Both the position numbers and the translations under genes were made by a program. From Pseudomonadota bacterium (GTDB taxonomy: Bacteria; Pseudomonadota; Alphaproteobacteria; Sphingomonadales; CAKZYD01), in the NCBI GenBank assembly GCA_039814715.1, contig JBCCAR010000003.1, positions 99,393 through 163,392 of the forward strand: a stretch of 64,000 nucleotides of DNA. Reading direction: 5' to 3'. Positions 1 through 9,193 of this stretch are shown here, in pieces (the stretch's first letter is position 1; every line of letters starts with the position of its first letter). Under the pieces are notes generated by a model, which was not told the DNA's origin, did not search any database, and worked only from the letters and a program-made list of their open reading frames with translations.

Positions 1-59
1 GCGTGTAACTTCTACGCTCATTTGTTTCGGCTTTCCGCTTTAACGAGTTTGGCCATGGG

Positions 60-1763
60 TCAAGTTCCGTGGAGCCATTGGCGCACAATGGCAGCTGATT
101 CGTCGGGGTGTTTGTTGATGATGCCGCCAACTTTCTTAAGCGCAGAGCCCTTTAGCCGGCCTTCGACTTGGGCTACGTCAATTTCAGCATCAATGCCGAG
201 TTTTTGCACTTGGGCTTCTGACTCAAGGCGTGCTGCAGCAATAATTTCAGCGGCTTCGTCATCACCGTCCGCTGCTTTCGCAAGCAGCTCAGGCGTAATC
301 TCCGATGCGTCAGGGCTTGGCAGTGCAGGCCGGGCTTCCATGCCCAGTTCCGGGGTTGTCGAGGCGGGCTGCTGGTGCTGTATGGGCGCAGCCTCAATGA
401 CCTTTTTAATGATCGGGCGCACAACAAGGAGGAGCACGAGAATCGAGACGATGCCCAGGACCGCGATTTCAGCGGTGCGTTCAAATGCACTTAGGTCTAA
501 GCCAAAGACGCTGGTCGCCTCCGGCAGTTCCCCATCAATCGCTTGCGTCGTAAACTGCATAGACGCGATTTCGATTTTGTCGCCGCGGCTGTCATCGAAG
601 CCTACAGCGCTTTTGACTAAACGCTCCATCTGCGCAAGTTCTTCAGCCGTACGCGGGGAATAGACTTGGCTGCCATCACCGCCCTCTGCGTAAGACCCGT
701 CAACGAGAACGGCGATTGAGATGCGTTCAACCGAGCCAATTTCTTTGACTCGCGTCGTTTGTGTGCGCGAGTTTTGGAAGTTGGTGGTTTCCTGTGTTTC
801 GTTGCTGTTGGCTTCCGCGCCATCGGCGCCAGCGGCATCGCCGTCAGGTAAATTGTTTGCAACGGAGACGCCGCCGCCTTCTGTTTCTGATTCTGAGCTC
901 GCGCGCTCGGTAATGCTTGTCGACACAACAACTTGCGCTTCAGGATCATAGACTTCTGACTGTGTTGATACACGTTCGTTATTCAGCGCAACGGCAACCT
1001 CAGCGCGAACCCGGCCTGGACCAACTGTCCGCTCTAGCAAGCTTTCGACTTGGCGTTCGAGCGCTGTCTGCATAGCGAGTTGACGTTCATGCATATCTGT
1101 TAGGCTAGCTGAATCACTGGATTCATCAATGCGCGCAAGCAAGCTGCCGAATTGGTCCACGATGGAGATGCGCTCTGGCGGCAATCCAGCAACAGAAGCT
1201 GCAACCAATTGGCGAATGGCGTGAACTTGTTCGACGCCAAGACGGCCTGCCTTTGTGCGTAAAACCACGGAGGCGCTGGGCTGTGTTTGCTCCTGCGCAA
1301 ATAAGGCTCTTTCGGGCATCACCAGGTGAACGCGCGCTTCTCGCACCGTGTTAATCGCTTGAATGGTGCGGGCAAGCTCGCCTTCAATGGCGCGGCGGTG
1401 ATTGACCTGCTGCATAAAGGAAGTGCTGCCAAGCGCGTCTTGTTTGTCTAAGAGCTCATATCCTACGCCGCCGCCGATCCCTTCTGATGCGAATTGAAGG
1501 CGCAGGGTTGCCAATTCATCGCTTGGCGCAAAAATAGTGCGGCCATCGGAGCTCAGCTTAAAGGGCACCTGCATGGTGTTCAGGCGTTCGGTGATTTCCG
1601 CCGCTTCGGACATTTCAAGGTCGGTAAATAAGATGCCTTGGGGCGCGTGGGTGAGGCGCGAGGAGATGAAGCCAAAGAAAATAACCATCCCGCCAATCAC
1701 CATTGCCATAGCGGCAAGGCGGGCAGGACCAAGATTTCTTACGAGTTGAGAGAAACCATCCAC
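60..1763 (-). CDS. fliF: Flagellar MS-ring protein FliF
   Basis: 567-aa ORF. It has an N-terminal TM helix (LAAMAMVIGGMVIFFGFI) and a YscJ/FliF-type periplasmic region (ITERLNTMQVPFKLSSDGRTIFAP; ELARTIQAINTVREARVHLVMPE). A second TM (IAVLGIVSILVLLLVV) and an acidic C-terminal tail follow. It lies in a flagellar cluster. Confidence 0.93.
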   Translation of the reverse strand: MDGFSQLVRNLGPARLAAMAMVIGGMVIFFGFISSRLTHAPQGILFTDLEMSEAAEITERLNTMQVPFKLSSDGRTIFAPSDELATLRLQFASEGIGGGVGYELLDKQDALGSTSFMQQVNHRRAIEGELARTIQAINTVREARVHLVMPERALFAQEQTQPSASVVLRTKAGRLGVEQVHAIRQLVAASVAGLPPERISIVDQFGSLLARIDESSDSASLTDMHERQLAMQTALERQVESLLERTVGPGRVRAEVAVALNNERVSTQSEVYDPEAQVVVSTSITERASSESETEGGGVSVANNLPDGDAAGADGAEANSNETQETTNFQNSRTQTTRVKEIGSVERISIAVLVDGSYAEGGDGSQVYSPRTAEELAQMERLVKSAVGFDDSRGDKIEIASMQFTTQAIDGELPEATSVFGLDLSAFERTAEIAVLGIVSILVLLLVVRPIIKKVIEAAPIQHQQPASTTPELGMEARPALPSPDASEITPELLAKAADGDDEAAEIIAAARLESEAQVQKLGIDAEIDVAQVEGRLKGSALKKVGGIINKHPDESAAIVRQWLHGT

Positions 1764-1847
1764 GGTAACAAACGTCTTTCAATCAAGGCCTCCCCGAAGA
1801 AAAATGGGTCGGCAAACACTGTCTGAGAGAGACGCTACGACTGACGT

Positions 1848-1864
1848 GGTTGAAAAGGTGTTAA
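1848..1864 (-). promoter_or_regulatory. Candidate CtrA-type box (TTAA-N7-TCAAC) upstream of fliF
   Basis: The minus strand reads TTAACACCTTTTCAACC, which matches 8 of 9 positions of the Caulobacter CtrA consensus TTAA-N7-TTAAC. It sits about 85 nt upstream of the fliF start, in the sciP-like/fliF intergenic region. This is a single site matched by eye. Confidence 0.25.
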
Positions 1865-1918
1865 AGCTAGGCAGCTTTTTCCTACTAACGGAGAAAAAAT
1901 TGCCGCCTTGCTATTGTG

Positions 1919-2218
1919 TTACTCCGCGACTGTGCGGGTGCGCTGGTTGCGCCGGTTTTTTTCGCATGTGACTTTGAGGCCTGGAAGGCCGTCCGATTCA
2001 ATGGCGCGCTGCCAGCCGACAAATTCCTCAACGGACAAGCTATACCGCTCACATGCTTCTTCCAAAGTGAGGAGGCCGCCGCGAACTGCTGCAACGACTT
2101 CCGCCTTGCGCCTCACGACCCAGCGCCGTGTTGACGGCGGAGGTAAATCGTCGAGAGTGAGTATCTCACCTGTCGGACCGATCACTTGGTGGGGGACGAA
2201 TTTTTGATTTTCTTTCAT
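1919..2218 (-). CDS. sciP: DUF1153-family small HTH protein, SciP-like (CtrA-associated transcription regulator)
   Basis: 99-aa ORF. The core GPTGEILTLDDLPPPSTRRWVVRRKAEVVAAVRGGLLTLEEACERYSLSVEEFVGWQRAIESDGLPGLKVT matches my recollection of the DUF1153/SciP family. Its position between flagellar genes is typical of alphaproteobacteria. Confidence 0.65.
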   Translation of the reverse strand: MKENQKFVPHQVIGPTGEILTLDDLPPPSTRRWVVRRKAEVVAAVRGGLLTLEEACERYSLSVEEFVGWQRAIESDGLPGLKVTCEKNRRNQRTRTVAE

Positions 2219-2367
2219 TTTTCCACGCGCTCAGATAACCCTGCTTCGAAATGGACAATAGCTCACTGGTTTTAAAAAACGCCTAAGGGCCGCAGTAAAC
2301 AGACCAAAAATATTCCAGAAAATTGTTCCAAAAAAAGACGCGAAATCAATGTTCTGGAAAGGTTTGT

Positions 2368-2396
2368 GGAGACGCTATGATTATTCAAGCGTCCCC
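2368..2396 (-). terminator. Weak hairpin downstream of flgE
   Basis: The minus-strand RNA GGGGACGCU-11 nt-AGCGUCUCC forms a 9-bp stem with one G-U pair, 16 nt after the flgE stop. No U-tract follows, so this is not a canonical intrinsic terminator. Confidence 0.2.
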
Positions 2397-2411
2397 ACCG
2401 AGATTAGAGCC

Positions 2412-3746
2412 CTATCGCTTGATTGAGTTCAGTTCGCTCAGCATCTCATCTGTTGTCGTAATCACACGCGTTGATGCTGAATAAGCCCGCTGTGTCACGA
2501 TAAGGTCTGAGAACTCTTCGGCCAAGTCGACGGTCGACGCTTCAAGTGTCCCTGGTTCCACTGTGCCACTGCCGCCGCTTCCGGCTTCAACCAGCGTCAT
2601 AGAGCCGGAACTGTCGGAGACACCAAAGTTATTAGACTGCAGGCGCGCTAAACCATCTTCGTTGGGGAAAACAGCAAGAGCGATTTTGTAGATGTCCTGC
2701 GTGAGGCCGTTATCGAAAATGGCGGTTGCTGTGCCATTGTCATCCACCGTTAAGCCAATCACGTTCCCAAAAATCGCGCCGTCGACAACGGTCGAAAAGA
2801 GGGTGGAGGGGCTATTAAACTGAGTAAAGCCGTCATCGCCTTGGTCCTCGCCAAGCTCAATATTAAGCACACTATCAGACGCGCCGTTCGACCAATCCAC
2901 TGTCACAGGCGCTTGAAGGGATGCACTTGTATTGGCCAGGTCCAGGCGGCCATCGCGGAAGGCCACTGTTCCTGTTGCAATTTGCCCATCCACAAAGCCT
3001 GGCAATGTGTTCACCTCAGTCGCCGGATCTGCATGAATTTCTAGATGCCATTCATTGGGCACTGAGCTCTTTAAGAAGGAATAAGAGATGATATGGGTGT
3101 TGCCTTCGCGGTCATAGACTTGAACATCGCGGGTAAAGTCGGCGGCGATGGCGCCTGATGCGATGTTAGTCGCGGAGTTGGTTGCGTCATATGTGGCTTC
3201 AAGCGGGTTTACCGGGGTGCTGGACATCAAGTTTGCGCGCAGCCGGATGCGTGTTGTTTCAGATGCAGTGCCGGTGAGGCCTGCTGTGGTCACTGGCTGC
3301 AGCAAGTCTGTGCTGCCCGTGTTAATGACTGACCCATCGGATTCCAGGCGCCAACCCATCAGATAGTTGCCTGCGACATTACGCAAAAAGCCTTCTTCGT
3401 CAGGGGAGAAGGAGCCGGCGCGGGTGAAAGTCACTGTGCCTTCCGCGCCAGACACCGGCTGGTCTTTCACAACGAACATGCCTGCGCCATCAATGGACAG
3501 GTCCGTGTCGCGGCCAGTCTGTTGCAACAAACCCTGCTGGGATACGTTTGTCACCGTGTTGGCGGCAACGCCGCCGGGCGAATACCGCGACCCTTGCGCT
3601 TCTGTCACCAAAGTGGAAAAGCGGGTTTCACTGTCCTTATATCCGATCGTATTCACGTTGGTGATGTTGTCAGAAATCACGCCCATTGCGTTTGAATACG
3701 CTGATAGGCCGGAAACGCCTGAATAAAGTGCTGAATAAAGGCTCAT
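2412..3746 (-). CDS. flgE: Flagellar hook protein FlgE
   Basis: 444-aa ORF. The N-terminus (MSLYSALYSGVSGLSAYSNAMGVISDNITNVNTIGYK) is the flagellar rod/hook basal-body signature. The C-terminus (DLAEEFSDLIVTQRAYSASTRVITTTDEMLSELNSIKR) is the conserved Flg_bbr_C helix. Confidence 0.95.
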   Translation of the reverse strand: MSLYSALYSGVSGLSAYSNAMGVISDNITNVNTIGYKDSETRFSTLVTEAQGSRYSPGGVAANTVTNVSQQGLLQQTGRDTDLSIDGAGMFVVKDQPVSGAEGTVTFTRAGSFSPDEEGFLRNVAGNYLMGWRLESDGSVINTGSTDLLQPVTTAGLTGTASETTRIRLRANLMSSTPVNPLEATYDATNSATNIASGAIAADFTRDVQVYDREGNTHIISYSFLKSSVPNEWHLEIHADPATEVNTLPGFVDGQIATGTVAFRDGRLDLANTSASLQAPVTVDWSNGASDSVLNIELGEDQGDDGFTQFNSPSTLFSTVVDGAIFGNVIGLTVDDNGTATAIFDNGLTQDIYKIALAVFPNEDGLARLQSNNFGVSDSSGSMTLVEAGSGGSGTVEPGTLEASTVDLAEEFSDLIVTQRAYSASTRVITTTDEMLSELNSIKR

Positions 3747-3764
3747 GGCAATAGCTCCTTAGGT

Positions 3765-4460
3765 CTACTCTTGTGTCACTGGTGTGTTTGAAATGTCGCG
3801 AACGGACAAAATGCTCTCCGGTGGCAGGGAGACCCCGCCAACGGTAATGCGTGTATTCGGGCCGGCTTGATCCAGCTCGGTGGCGATGCCTTTGGTATAG
3901 CTTGTGGTGCCAATCCCAAGGCCATCGGCCGTAACGGCTTCAATTTCTAACGTATAGACACCGTCCGGAAGTTGGTTTCCAGACAGGTCTTTGCCGTCCC
4001 ATTGCAGTTCATGAATGCCGGCGTCAGTTGAGCCTTCTGTTTGCGCCACCAGTTGGCCGCTGCTATCGCGGATGCTTAAGGTGGTCGCTTCAGCAGGCGT
4101 GGCCAGGTCATAATACCATTTGGCAGCCCCATCCGACATGCTTACCAGGGGCGTTTGCGCCACAACCTCTTTCCCAAGATAGCCAAGTAGCGCACCGTCG
4201 CTTTGCAGAGACATGGTCGCTATCAAGCTTTCAAGGTTTGTGTTCGTCGCAATTTGCTGCTCCACCGAGGTGAATTGGACAAGCTGGTTTGTGAATTCTG
4301 ACGAATCCATCGGTTCCAGCGGGTCTTGGTTTTGCAGCTGCGTGGTCAGTAAGGTCAGGAACTGGTCAAAGTCATCCGTCAGCTGGGTCGATGCAGCCTG
4401 CGCGGAACTGGCATCGATCTGCGCTTGCGGGTTGTTTAATATGCTGGTGATACCTGTCAT
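3765..4460 (-). CDS. flgD: Flagellar hook assembly/capping protein FlgD
   Basis: 231-aa ORF with the FlgD N-terminal motif DFDQFLTLLTTQLQNQDPLEPMDSSEFTNQLVQFTSVEQ and a FlgD Ig-like C-terminal part (DGKDLSGNQLPDGVYTLEIEA). It lies directly upstream of flgE. Confidence 0.93.
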   Translation of the reverse strand: MTGITSILNNPQAQIDASSAQAASTQLTDDFDQFLTLLTTQLQNQDPLEPMDSSEFTNQLVQFTSVEQQIATNTNLESLIATMSLQSDGALLGYLGKEVVAQTPLVSMSDGAAKWYYDLATPAEATTLSIRDSSGQLVAQTEGSTDAGIHELQWDGKDLSGNQLPDGVYTLEIEAVTADGLGIGTTSYTKGIATELDQAGPNTRITVGGVSLPPESILSVRDISNTPVTQE

Positions 4461-4472
4461 GGGTCGCTTCGC

Positions 4473-6083
4473 TTAAATGATGATGTCAACGGGGCGGTCG
4501 GAGGCGGGGTGTTGCAGGGCTTGCGCCGCGATGACGTCGTCCATGTCATCTAAGCCATCTTCCCCGCCATCGCTTGGGCCGCGTCCAAGGCCGTCAGAGC
4601 CATGGGAGCCTTCTTCCCCTTGTCCAAAACCTTGGTTTTTGAGGCTAAGCTGCAAGCTGTTCTGATCCGTCTTGAGGCCCGCGTCTTGCAAGGCCTTCTC
4701 AAGCGCTTTCATATCGCGCGATAGCAGATCAAATGTTGCTTCACGCTCGACCACAATACTGGCCTGCACTTCCGCTGATTTCGTGAGCGTGAGTTTCACA
4801 TCCAACTTGCCCAGCTCTGGTGGGTCCATGCGGATGGCGAAATGCGTCTCAGATTTTGCTGCTTGGCGAGAAATCTCAAGGCCAACATGCTTGGCCGCCA
4901 CATCCGCGCGTTGCTGCGGTATCTGTACTGTCACTTCAGGTATTGGCTTCATCTGAAGTGTATCAGCGCTTGGCGCAATCGGCGCAGTGGCAGTGATTGG
5001 GGCAGACATGCTGGGGCGTTCGGCCTGGTAGGTCTGCGCAGGTGTATCAACAACCACAGTTTTTGGCGATTTTGACGTCTGCGTTTCAGGTTCTGCATCA
5101 GACACCTTTGGTTGCCCATCCAAATCAGCCGAGTTGATCGCCTGCTCAGATGTTTGCGCCAACGGTTTTTGATCTGCCAGGCCCAAAGCTGTTGGCTGCC
5201 TTGGAACAGCTGCTGGCGCTGGGTTTTGCGCCGGTTTCGCAGCGGCCGCATTTGGTGCAATCAGCGCCGCAGTATCGTTTGCCGTTACGGGAGTGATGTC
5301 AGTGCTTTCGTCACCAGCACCGGGAGTTTGCTGATCTGCTGGCTTCATCGGCTTGGCTGCGGGTTGCGCACTGCTCAGCGCCATAAGTGCCTGCAGCAAA
5401 GGCGGGCTGTCAGATTCTTGTGTATCGGGTGTATCAGGCTGCGCTACTGGCGCTGTTTCAGCCATTGCTCGCGCCACGTCAGCATTTTCTAGCGCGTCAT
5501 TTTCGGCATCAATGCTGGCGACATCTACCGCCTTTGTTTCCGCAACTGGGCGACTGTTTGTGCTTTTGATCTCTGCATCATCCGCCGCTGTGATGTTGAT
5601 AGCAGGCTCCTCCTGCGGCGCTTGGTTTACTCTAAGTTCGCCTTGTACTGGAGACACCTCATCTTCGGTGCTGACTTGCTGCGCCGTTTCCTGGGCTGTT
5701 TCCTGCGCTTTCGGTTTCATGGCGATGGCTGCACTGTTGCCGCTGTCTTTGCGGGTTCCAGGGTCGCTTTCAGTCGGCGTACTCGGTTGCTGCGGACTTT
5801 TTTCCGCGTCGCCCGCTTTTGGCTTATCGTTTGCTTGCGCTTGCTCGTTTGCCAAACTGCGCGCAAAACTCTCGCTCGCGCCGGCCTGGCTTGATCGTGC
5901 CTCGGCAGTCGCCTGAGTACCTGCGCCAGCGGCATTGCCTATCGGTGCCTGCTTGGCAGGGATGAGTTGTGTGATCGCGTCCAAGGGGAGCGGCCCTTTC
6001 TGTCTCTCTCTTTTGGTGCGGTCCAGAAGAGCAATTTTGCCGTCCGGTTGGCCGCCGCATCCATTCAGGAACAGCGTGATCAA
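4473..6083 (-). CDS. fliK: Flagellar hook-length control protein FliK
   Basis: 536-aa ORF. It has a long Pro/Ala/Gln-rich low-complexity N-terminal region. The C-terminal Flg_hook-type domain reads PPELGKLDVKLTLTKSAEVQASIVVEREATFDLLSRDMKALEKALQDAGL. The order fliK-flgD-flgE is typical. The 6083 start is a TTG at the ORF limit. The true start may be downstream, for example the TTG at 5984 preceded by AAAGGG. Confidence 0.8.
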   Translation of the reverse strand: MITLFLNGCGGQPDGKIALLDRTKRERQKGPLPLDAITQLIPAKQAPIGNAAGAGTQATAEARSSQAGASESFARSLANEQAQANDKPKAGDAEKSPQQPSTPTESDPGTRKDSGNSAAIAMKPKAQETAQETAQQVSTEDEVSPVQGELRVNQAPQEEPAINITAADDAEIKSTNSRPVAETKAVDVASIDAENDALENADVARAMAETAPVAQPDTPDTQESDSPPLLQALMALSSAQPAAKPMKPADQQTPGAGDESTDITPVTANDTAALIAPNAAAAKPAQNPAPAAVPRQPTALGLADQKPLAQTSEQAINSADLDGQPKVSDAEPETQTSKSPKTVVVDTPAQTYQAERPSMSAPITATAPIAPSADTLQMKPIPEVTVQIPQQRADVAAKHVGLEISRQAAKSETHFAIRMDPPELGKLDVKLTLTKSAEVQASIVVEREATFDLLSRDMKALEKALQDAGLKTDQNSLQLSLKNQGFGQGEEGSHGSDGLGRGPSDGGEDGLDDMDDVIAAQALQHPASDRPVDIII

Positions 6084-6101
6084 GATGATCGACTAGCTCT
6101 G

Positions 6102-6117
6102 TGCAAAGCCTGGGCCA
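6102..6117 (-). promoter_or_regulatory. Sigma-54 (RpoN) promoter of the fliK-flgD-flgE operon
   Basis: The minus strand reads TGGCCC-AGGCT-TTGCA. This fits the -24/-12 consensus TGGCAC-N5-TTGCA exactly in spacing, with GG and GC in place. TGGCCC is the variant I recall from Caulobacter class III/IV flagellar promoters. It lies 18 nt upstream of the ORF-limit start of fliK. Confidence 0.7.
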
Positions 6118-6307
6118 ATTTGGGCGTTAACGCTGTCTTGCGAGGAAACACAGGGACTTGCGAGAATGCAGCGGGTTGATCGTTAAGGCTAGGCAAGCTT
6201 GGAACGGGCAGTTTGTGCCTGCAGCGATGCTTTACCGGCGGCAACTTCTGCCCAGGGTCAGCCTTTCAGTCGTTTTCGCCCTTTCTATCGGCAGCGCGCC
6301 TGCCTAT

Positions 6308-7447
6308 ATGAGCCCTATGAACGCACTCGGTATTGATAAAGCACCCAGCGAGACGCGGGTTGTTGTGGCGATGTCTGGCGGCGTGGATTCCTCGACAGTT
6401 GCCGCTTTGCTGCATGACCAAGGCTATGACGTGGTCGGTATTACGCTTCAGCTGTACGACCATGGTTTGGCGCTGCAGAAAAAAGGCGCGTGCTGCGCTG
6501 GCCTGGATATTTATGATGCCCAGCAAGTCGCTTCGACCCTTGGGATTGATCATTATGTGCTCGATTATGAGAGCCGTTTTAAAGAAGCAGTGATTGATGA
6601 CTTTGCTGACAGCTACGTGCGCGGCGAAACCCCTTTGCCGTGCGTTCGCTGTAATCAAAGCGTTAAGTTTAAAGACCTCTATGGCATGGCGCGAGACCTT
6701 GGCGCTGATTGTCTGGCAACGGGTCACTATGTGCAGCGCACGTTAGAAGATGGCCGCGCCCAGCTACGCCGCGCTGCTGACCATGGCAAAGACCAGTCTT
6801 ATTTTCTGTTCGCAACGACACAGGAGCAGCTCGATTATCTGCGCTTTCCCCTCGGCGGACTGCACAAACCTGATGTTCGCGCACTGGCTGAAACCTATGG
6901 CTTAGCCATTGCCGATAAGCCCGATAGCCAAGACATTTGCTTTGTTCCCAATGGCAATTATGGGGAATTGGTTTCGCGTTTGCGGCCAGGTGCTGCTGAA
7001 AAAGGCAATATTGTTCATCTCGATGGGACGGTGCTTGGCGAGCACCAAGGGATTTTACACTATACGATCGGCCAGCGGAAAGGCTTGGGCGTTGGCGGCA
7101 TGGCCGACCCGATTTATGTGGTCGGGCTCCGGCCGGAGACGCGGGAAGTGGTGGTTGGCCCGCGTGAAGCGCTTGCTGCAGCGTCCCTTATGATGGATGA
7201 GTGCAATTGGCTCAGCGACGCGGTGACTGGTTCATCCTTTAAGGCGCAGGCAAAGATACGCTCTACAACTGCGCCCGAACCTGTGACGATCCATATGGAG
7301 CATGCAAGCGCCGCGCGCGTGGAGTTCGAAAGCCCGGAATATGGCGTCTCTCCCGGACAGGCATGCGTTGTGTATGATGGAGATAGAGTGCTTGGCGGCG
7401 GCTGGATCCGCTCCGCTCAATCGGCTTATGCCGTCGACGCAGCCTGA
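6308..7447 (+). CDS. mnmA: tRNA 2-thiouridine(34) synthase MnmA
   Basis: It has the PP-loop motif [13 protein letters not shown], the catalytic Cys region (KKGACCAG ... [13 protein letters not shown]) and DQSYFLF. The track ORF opens at 6158, but family-typical N-termini begin about 15-25 aa before the PP-loop. I therefore prefer the ATG at 6308 ([20 protein letters not shown]). Confidence 0.92.
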   Translation: MSPMNALGIDKAPSETRVVVAMSGGVDSSTVAALLHDQGYDVVGITLQLYDHGLALQKKGACCAGLDIYDAQQVASTLGIDHYVLDYESRFKEAVIDDFADSYVRGETPLPCVRCNQSVKFKDLYGMARDLGADCLATGHYVQRTLEDGRAQLRRAADHGKDQSYFLFATTQEQLDYLRFPLGGLHKPDVRALAETYGLAIADKPDSQDICFVPNGNYGELVSRLRPGAAEKGNIVHLDGTVLGEHQGILHYTIGQRKGLGVGGMADPIYVVGLRPETREVVVGPREALAAASLMMDECNWLSDAVTGSSFKAQAKIRSTTAPEPVTIHMEHASAARVEFESPEYGVSPGQACVVYDGDRVLGGGWIRSAQSAYAVDAA

Positions 7448-8562
7448 TTGCCTGTATAATTGGGCACATTGTCTGCTAAAAATTCGGCGTTTTCCGCCCT
7501 TAAAGCTGCGCCTGCTTCATCATAAAGAAACGGCAAAAATACAAATCGGTTCCCTTTGGTAACCGGCAGCGCCTCGTGAAGGAGGCAGCAGCCAAACACC
7601 ACGGCGCCTCCGCGCGGCGCGACAAAAACCTGGTCTGAGAACTCAGGGAACCGTAATCCGCCGCCTTCATAGTCCCCCGTATTGAGGTTGATAGTCACAG
7701 CAAAGGAGCGGTGCGCCGTTCCCTTTGTCGTATTGTCGCGGTGCGGAAGGAAGAACCCGCCTTTTTCTTTCGTATAACAGGCGACAATGTAGCGCTCCAT
7801 GCGCGTCGCTTTAAAGTTCAATGAGCGATGCAATATAGGAACAAGACGTCTTTCAACGCGCAGTCGTGCCTCCTTGCGCAGGTCTTCATCGTCTATCTGA
7901 CTGTCGAAGCGGACTTTAAAACTTGGGTTTTCTACATAGACTGTTTGGCCGTCCTTTTCAGACATAACGCCGGAGTATTGTGCGCCTGCTTTTTTGTAAT
8001 AACGGATGAGTTCCTGGCAGAAGTCTTCTTCAAAAACGCGCGGTACGACGAGGACGGGTGGGTGAAGTGGCGCGCCGGCATGCTCATAGGGCGGGGGCAT
8101 GTGCGCAATAACGTCTAACGCTGTGCTCAGCTCTTCAAGCGGCGCGCAATGCAGGACGCGCAGCATGGGATCGCAAACGACGGCCATTGGCCGAATACGC
8201 ATGTCATCACCATTGCCGATCCGCTTACCTAAACGGTAGAGCTCAAAAATCTTGCCGCCAGCATCATCAAAATGCCGGATACCCGGTAAACGTGGCTGCG
8301 ACAAAGGAGTTTGCCCCGTTTTTCCGTCCGCCCAGATCGCGAAGCAACTCGCTGTGTTATCGTCAAAAAGGGAGCAGTTGCGGACCTGTTCCATCACCTG
8401 TTTCGCCGTAGCGTTGTCGTGCGATCCAATGAAAAGCAAAATCACATACCGGCCCGCCGCGCTGCCAAAAGCATAGCGTGGATTTGAGCCGCATTTGCCG
8501 TGAAATAAGGGGGCTAGGGCGCCTGGCTCGGCATAGAAAGTTGGTTGGTGCGCTGGATGCAT
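7426..8562 (-). CDS. 2OG-Fe(II) oxygenase family protein (prolyl-4-hydroxylase-like) with N-terminal redoxin-like region
   Basis: 378-aa ORF. The C-terminal half carries an HxD...H facial-triad context (FFLPHRDNT ... [23 protein letters not shown]). The N-terminal half ([24 protein letters not shown]) resembles a thioredoxin/peroxiredoxin-like fold. It overlaps mnmA convergently by 22 nt. Confidence 0.7.
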   Translation of the reverse strand: MHPAHQPTFYAEPGALAPLFHGKCGSNPRYAFGSAAGRYVILLFIGSHDNATAKQVMEQVRNCSLFDDNTASCFAIWADGKTGQTPLSQPRLPGIRHFDDAGGKIFELYRLGKRIGNGDDMRIRPMAVVCDPMLRVLHCAPLEELSTALDVIAHMPPPYEHAGAPLHPPVLVVPRVFEEDFCQELIRYYKKAGAQYSGVMSEKDGQTVYVENPSFKVRFDSQIDDEDLRKEARLRVERRLVPILHRSLNFKATRMERYIVACYTKEKGGFFLPHRDNTTKGTAHRSFAVTINLNTGDYEGGGLRFPEFSDQVFVAPRGGAVVFGCCLLHEALPVTKGNRFVFLPFLYDEAGAALRAENAEFLADNVPNYTGNQAASTA

Positions 8563-8741
8563 CGTAGGCCTATATTTTCCCCATTGGCATGACCATTCAA
8601 GATGTAAGTGCGCGACCTTACCGGCGCGTTAACCATGTTAGGAAAGAGCTGCCAAAAGACTATGAGCGCGTTTAGGCTGTCACTGTCAAGCGCAGGCAGA
8701 GGACGCGACAATGAAAGGAAAAGGGGAGGCGGACGCACGCC

Positions 8742-9068
8742 CTACCATTTGGCTTCCAAAGACATGATGCGCTTGGGCTTTAGGCCAACGCTGAGGTCTA
8801 CGTTGACAGAGCGATATTCATCGCCAAAGAGTGAATAACTCGTTTGCGTATCATTCGGCCAGCTCTCGAGATTCCGCATCACATGCAGATCAGCCAGTTG
8901 GCTGGATTGGCCCACTTTTAATTTTGAGGCTGGCAATGCCGGTTTGGGCGTGGGTTCGGGCAAGAGCCACATGGCTTTCACAGGCTGCACGAGCAGCCCA
9001 TTGGCCTGCGCGCTGAAGCACGTCAAAAGCGCGACTGACAGTCCAAAAAGTAAGTGCCTCAAGCGCAT
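8742..9068 (-). CDS. Small secreted hypothetical protein (signal peptide)
   Basis: The internal Met gives MRLRHLLFGLSVALLTCFSAQA, a classic Sec signal peptide. The mature part is about 85 aa and ends in an aromatic residue (EAKW). It lies 125 nt downstream of the TolC-like gene on the same strand. I recognise no family. Confidence 0.5.
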   Translation of the reverse strand: MRLRHLLFGLSVALLTCFSAQANGLLVQPVKAMWLLPEPTPKPALPASKLKVGQSSQLADLHVMRNLESWPNDTQTSYSLFGDEYRSVNVDLSVGLKPKRIMSLEAKW

Positions 9069-9193
9069 AAACTCCCTCCACCAAAGTTTGATGCATATTG
9101 GGGGAGGATAGCGGCGACTTGGTGGATAAGATGTGACCAAATTGGAATTTATTAATGGCAATTTGTTGAAAATTGCGCCGATTATGCAGGAGA

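Noticed and set aside
1-21. A minus-strand ATG at nt 21 (MSVEVTR...) running off the window start, 38 nt downstream of fliF. It could be the next flagellar gene, for example fliG.
   Set aside because: Only 7 codons are visible, which is too little to support a feature call or an identity.
22-663. A 213-aa plus-strand ORF, together with similar ORFs at 5353-5916, 10374-10835, 11064-11567 and 50919-51332.
   Set aside because: They are antisense to well-supported genes (fliF, fliK, the TolC-like gene and the 523-aa membrane protein). They have Ala/Ser/Cys-rich low-complexity translations typical of antisense frames in GC-rich coding DNA.
6200-6216. A plus-strand TGGAAC-N-GTTTG resembling a sigma-54 site upstream of mnmA.
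   Set aside because: It has the wrong spacing, no GC dinucleotide at -12, and mnmA is not expected to be RpoN-dependent.
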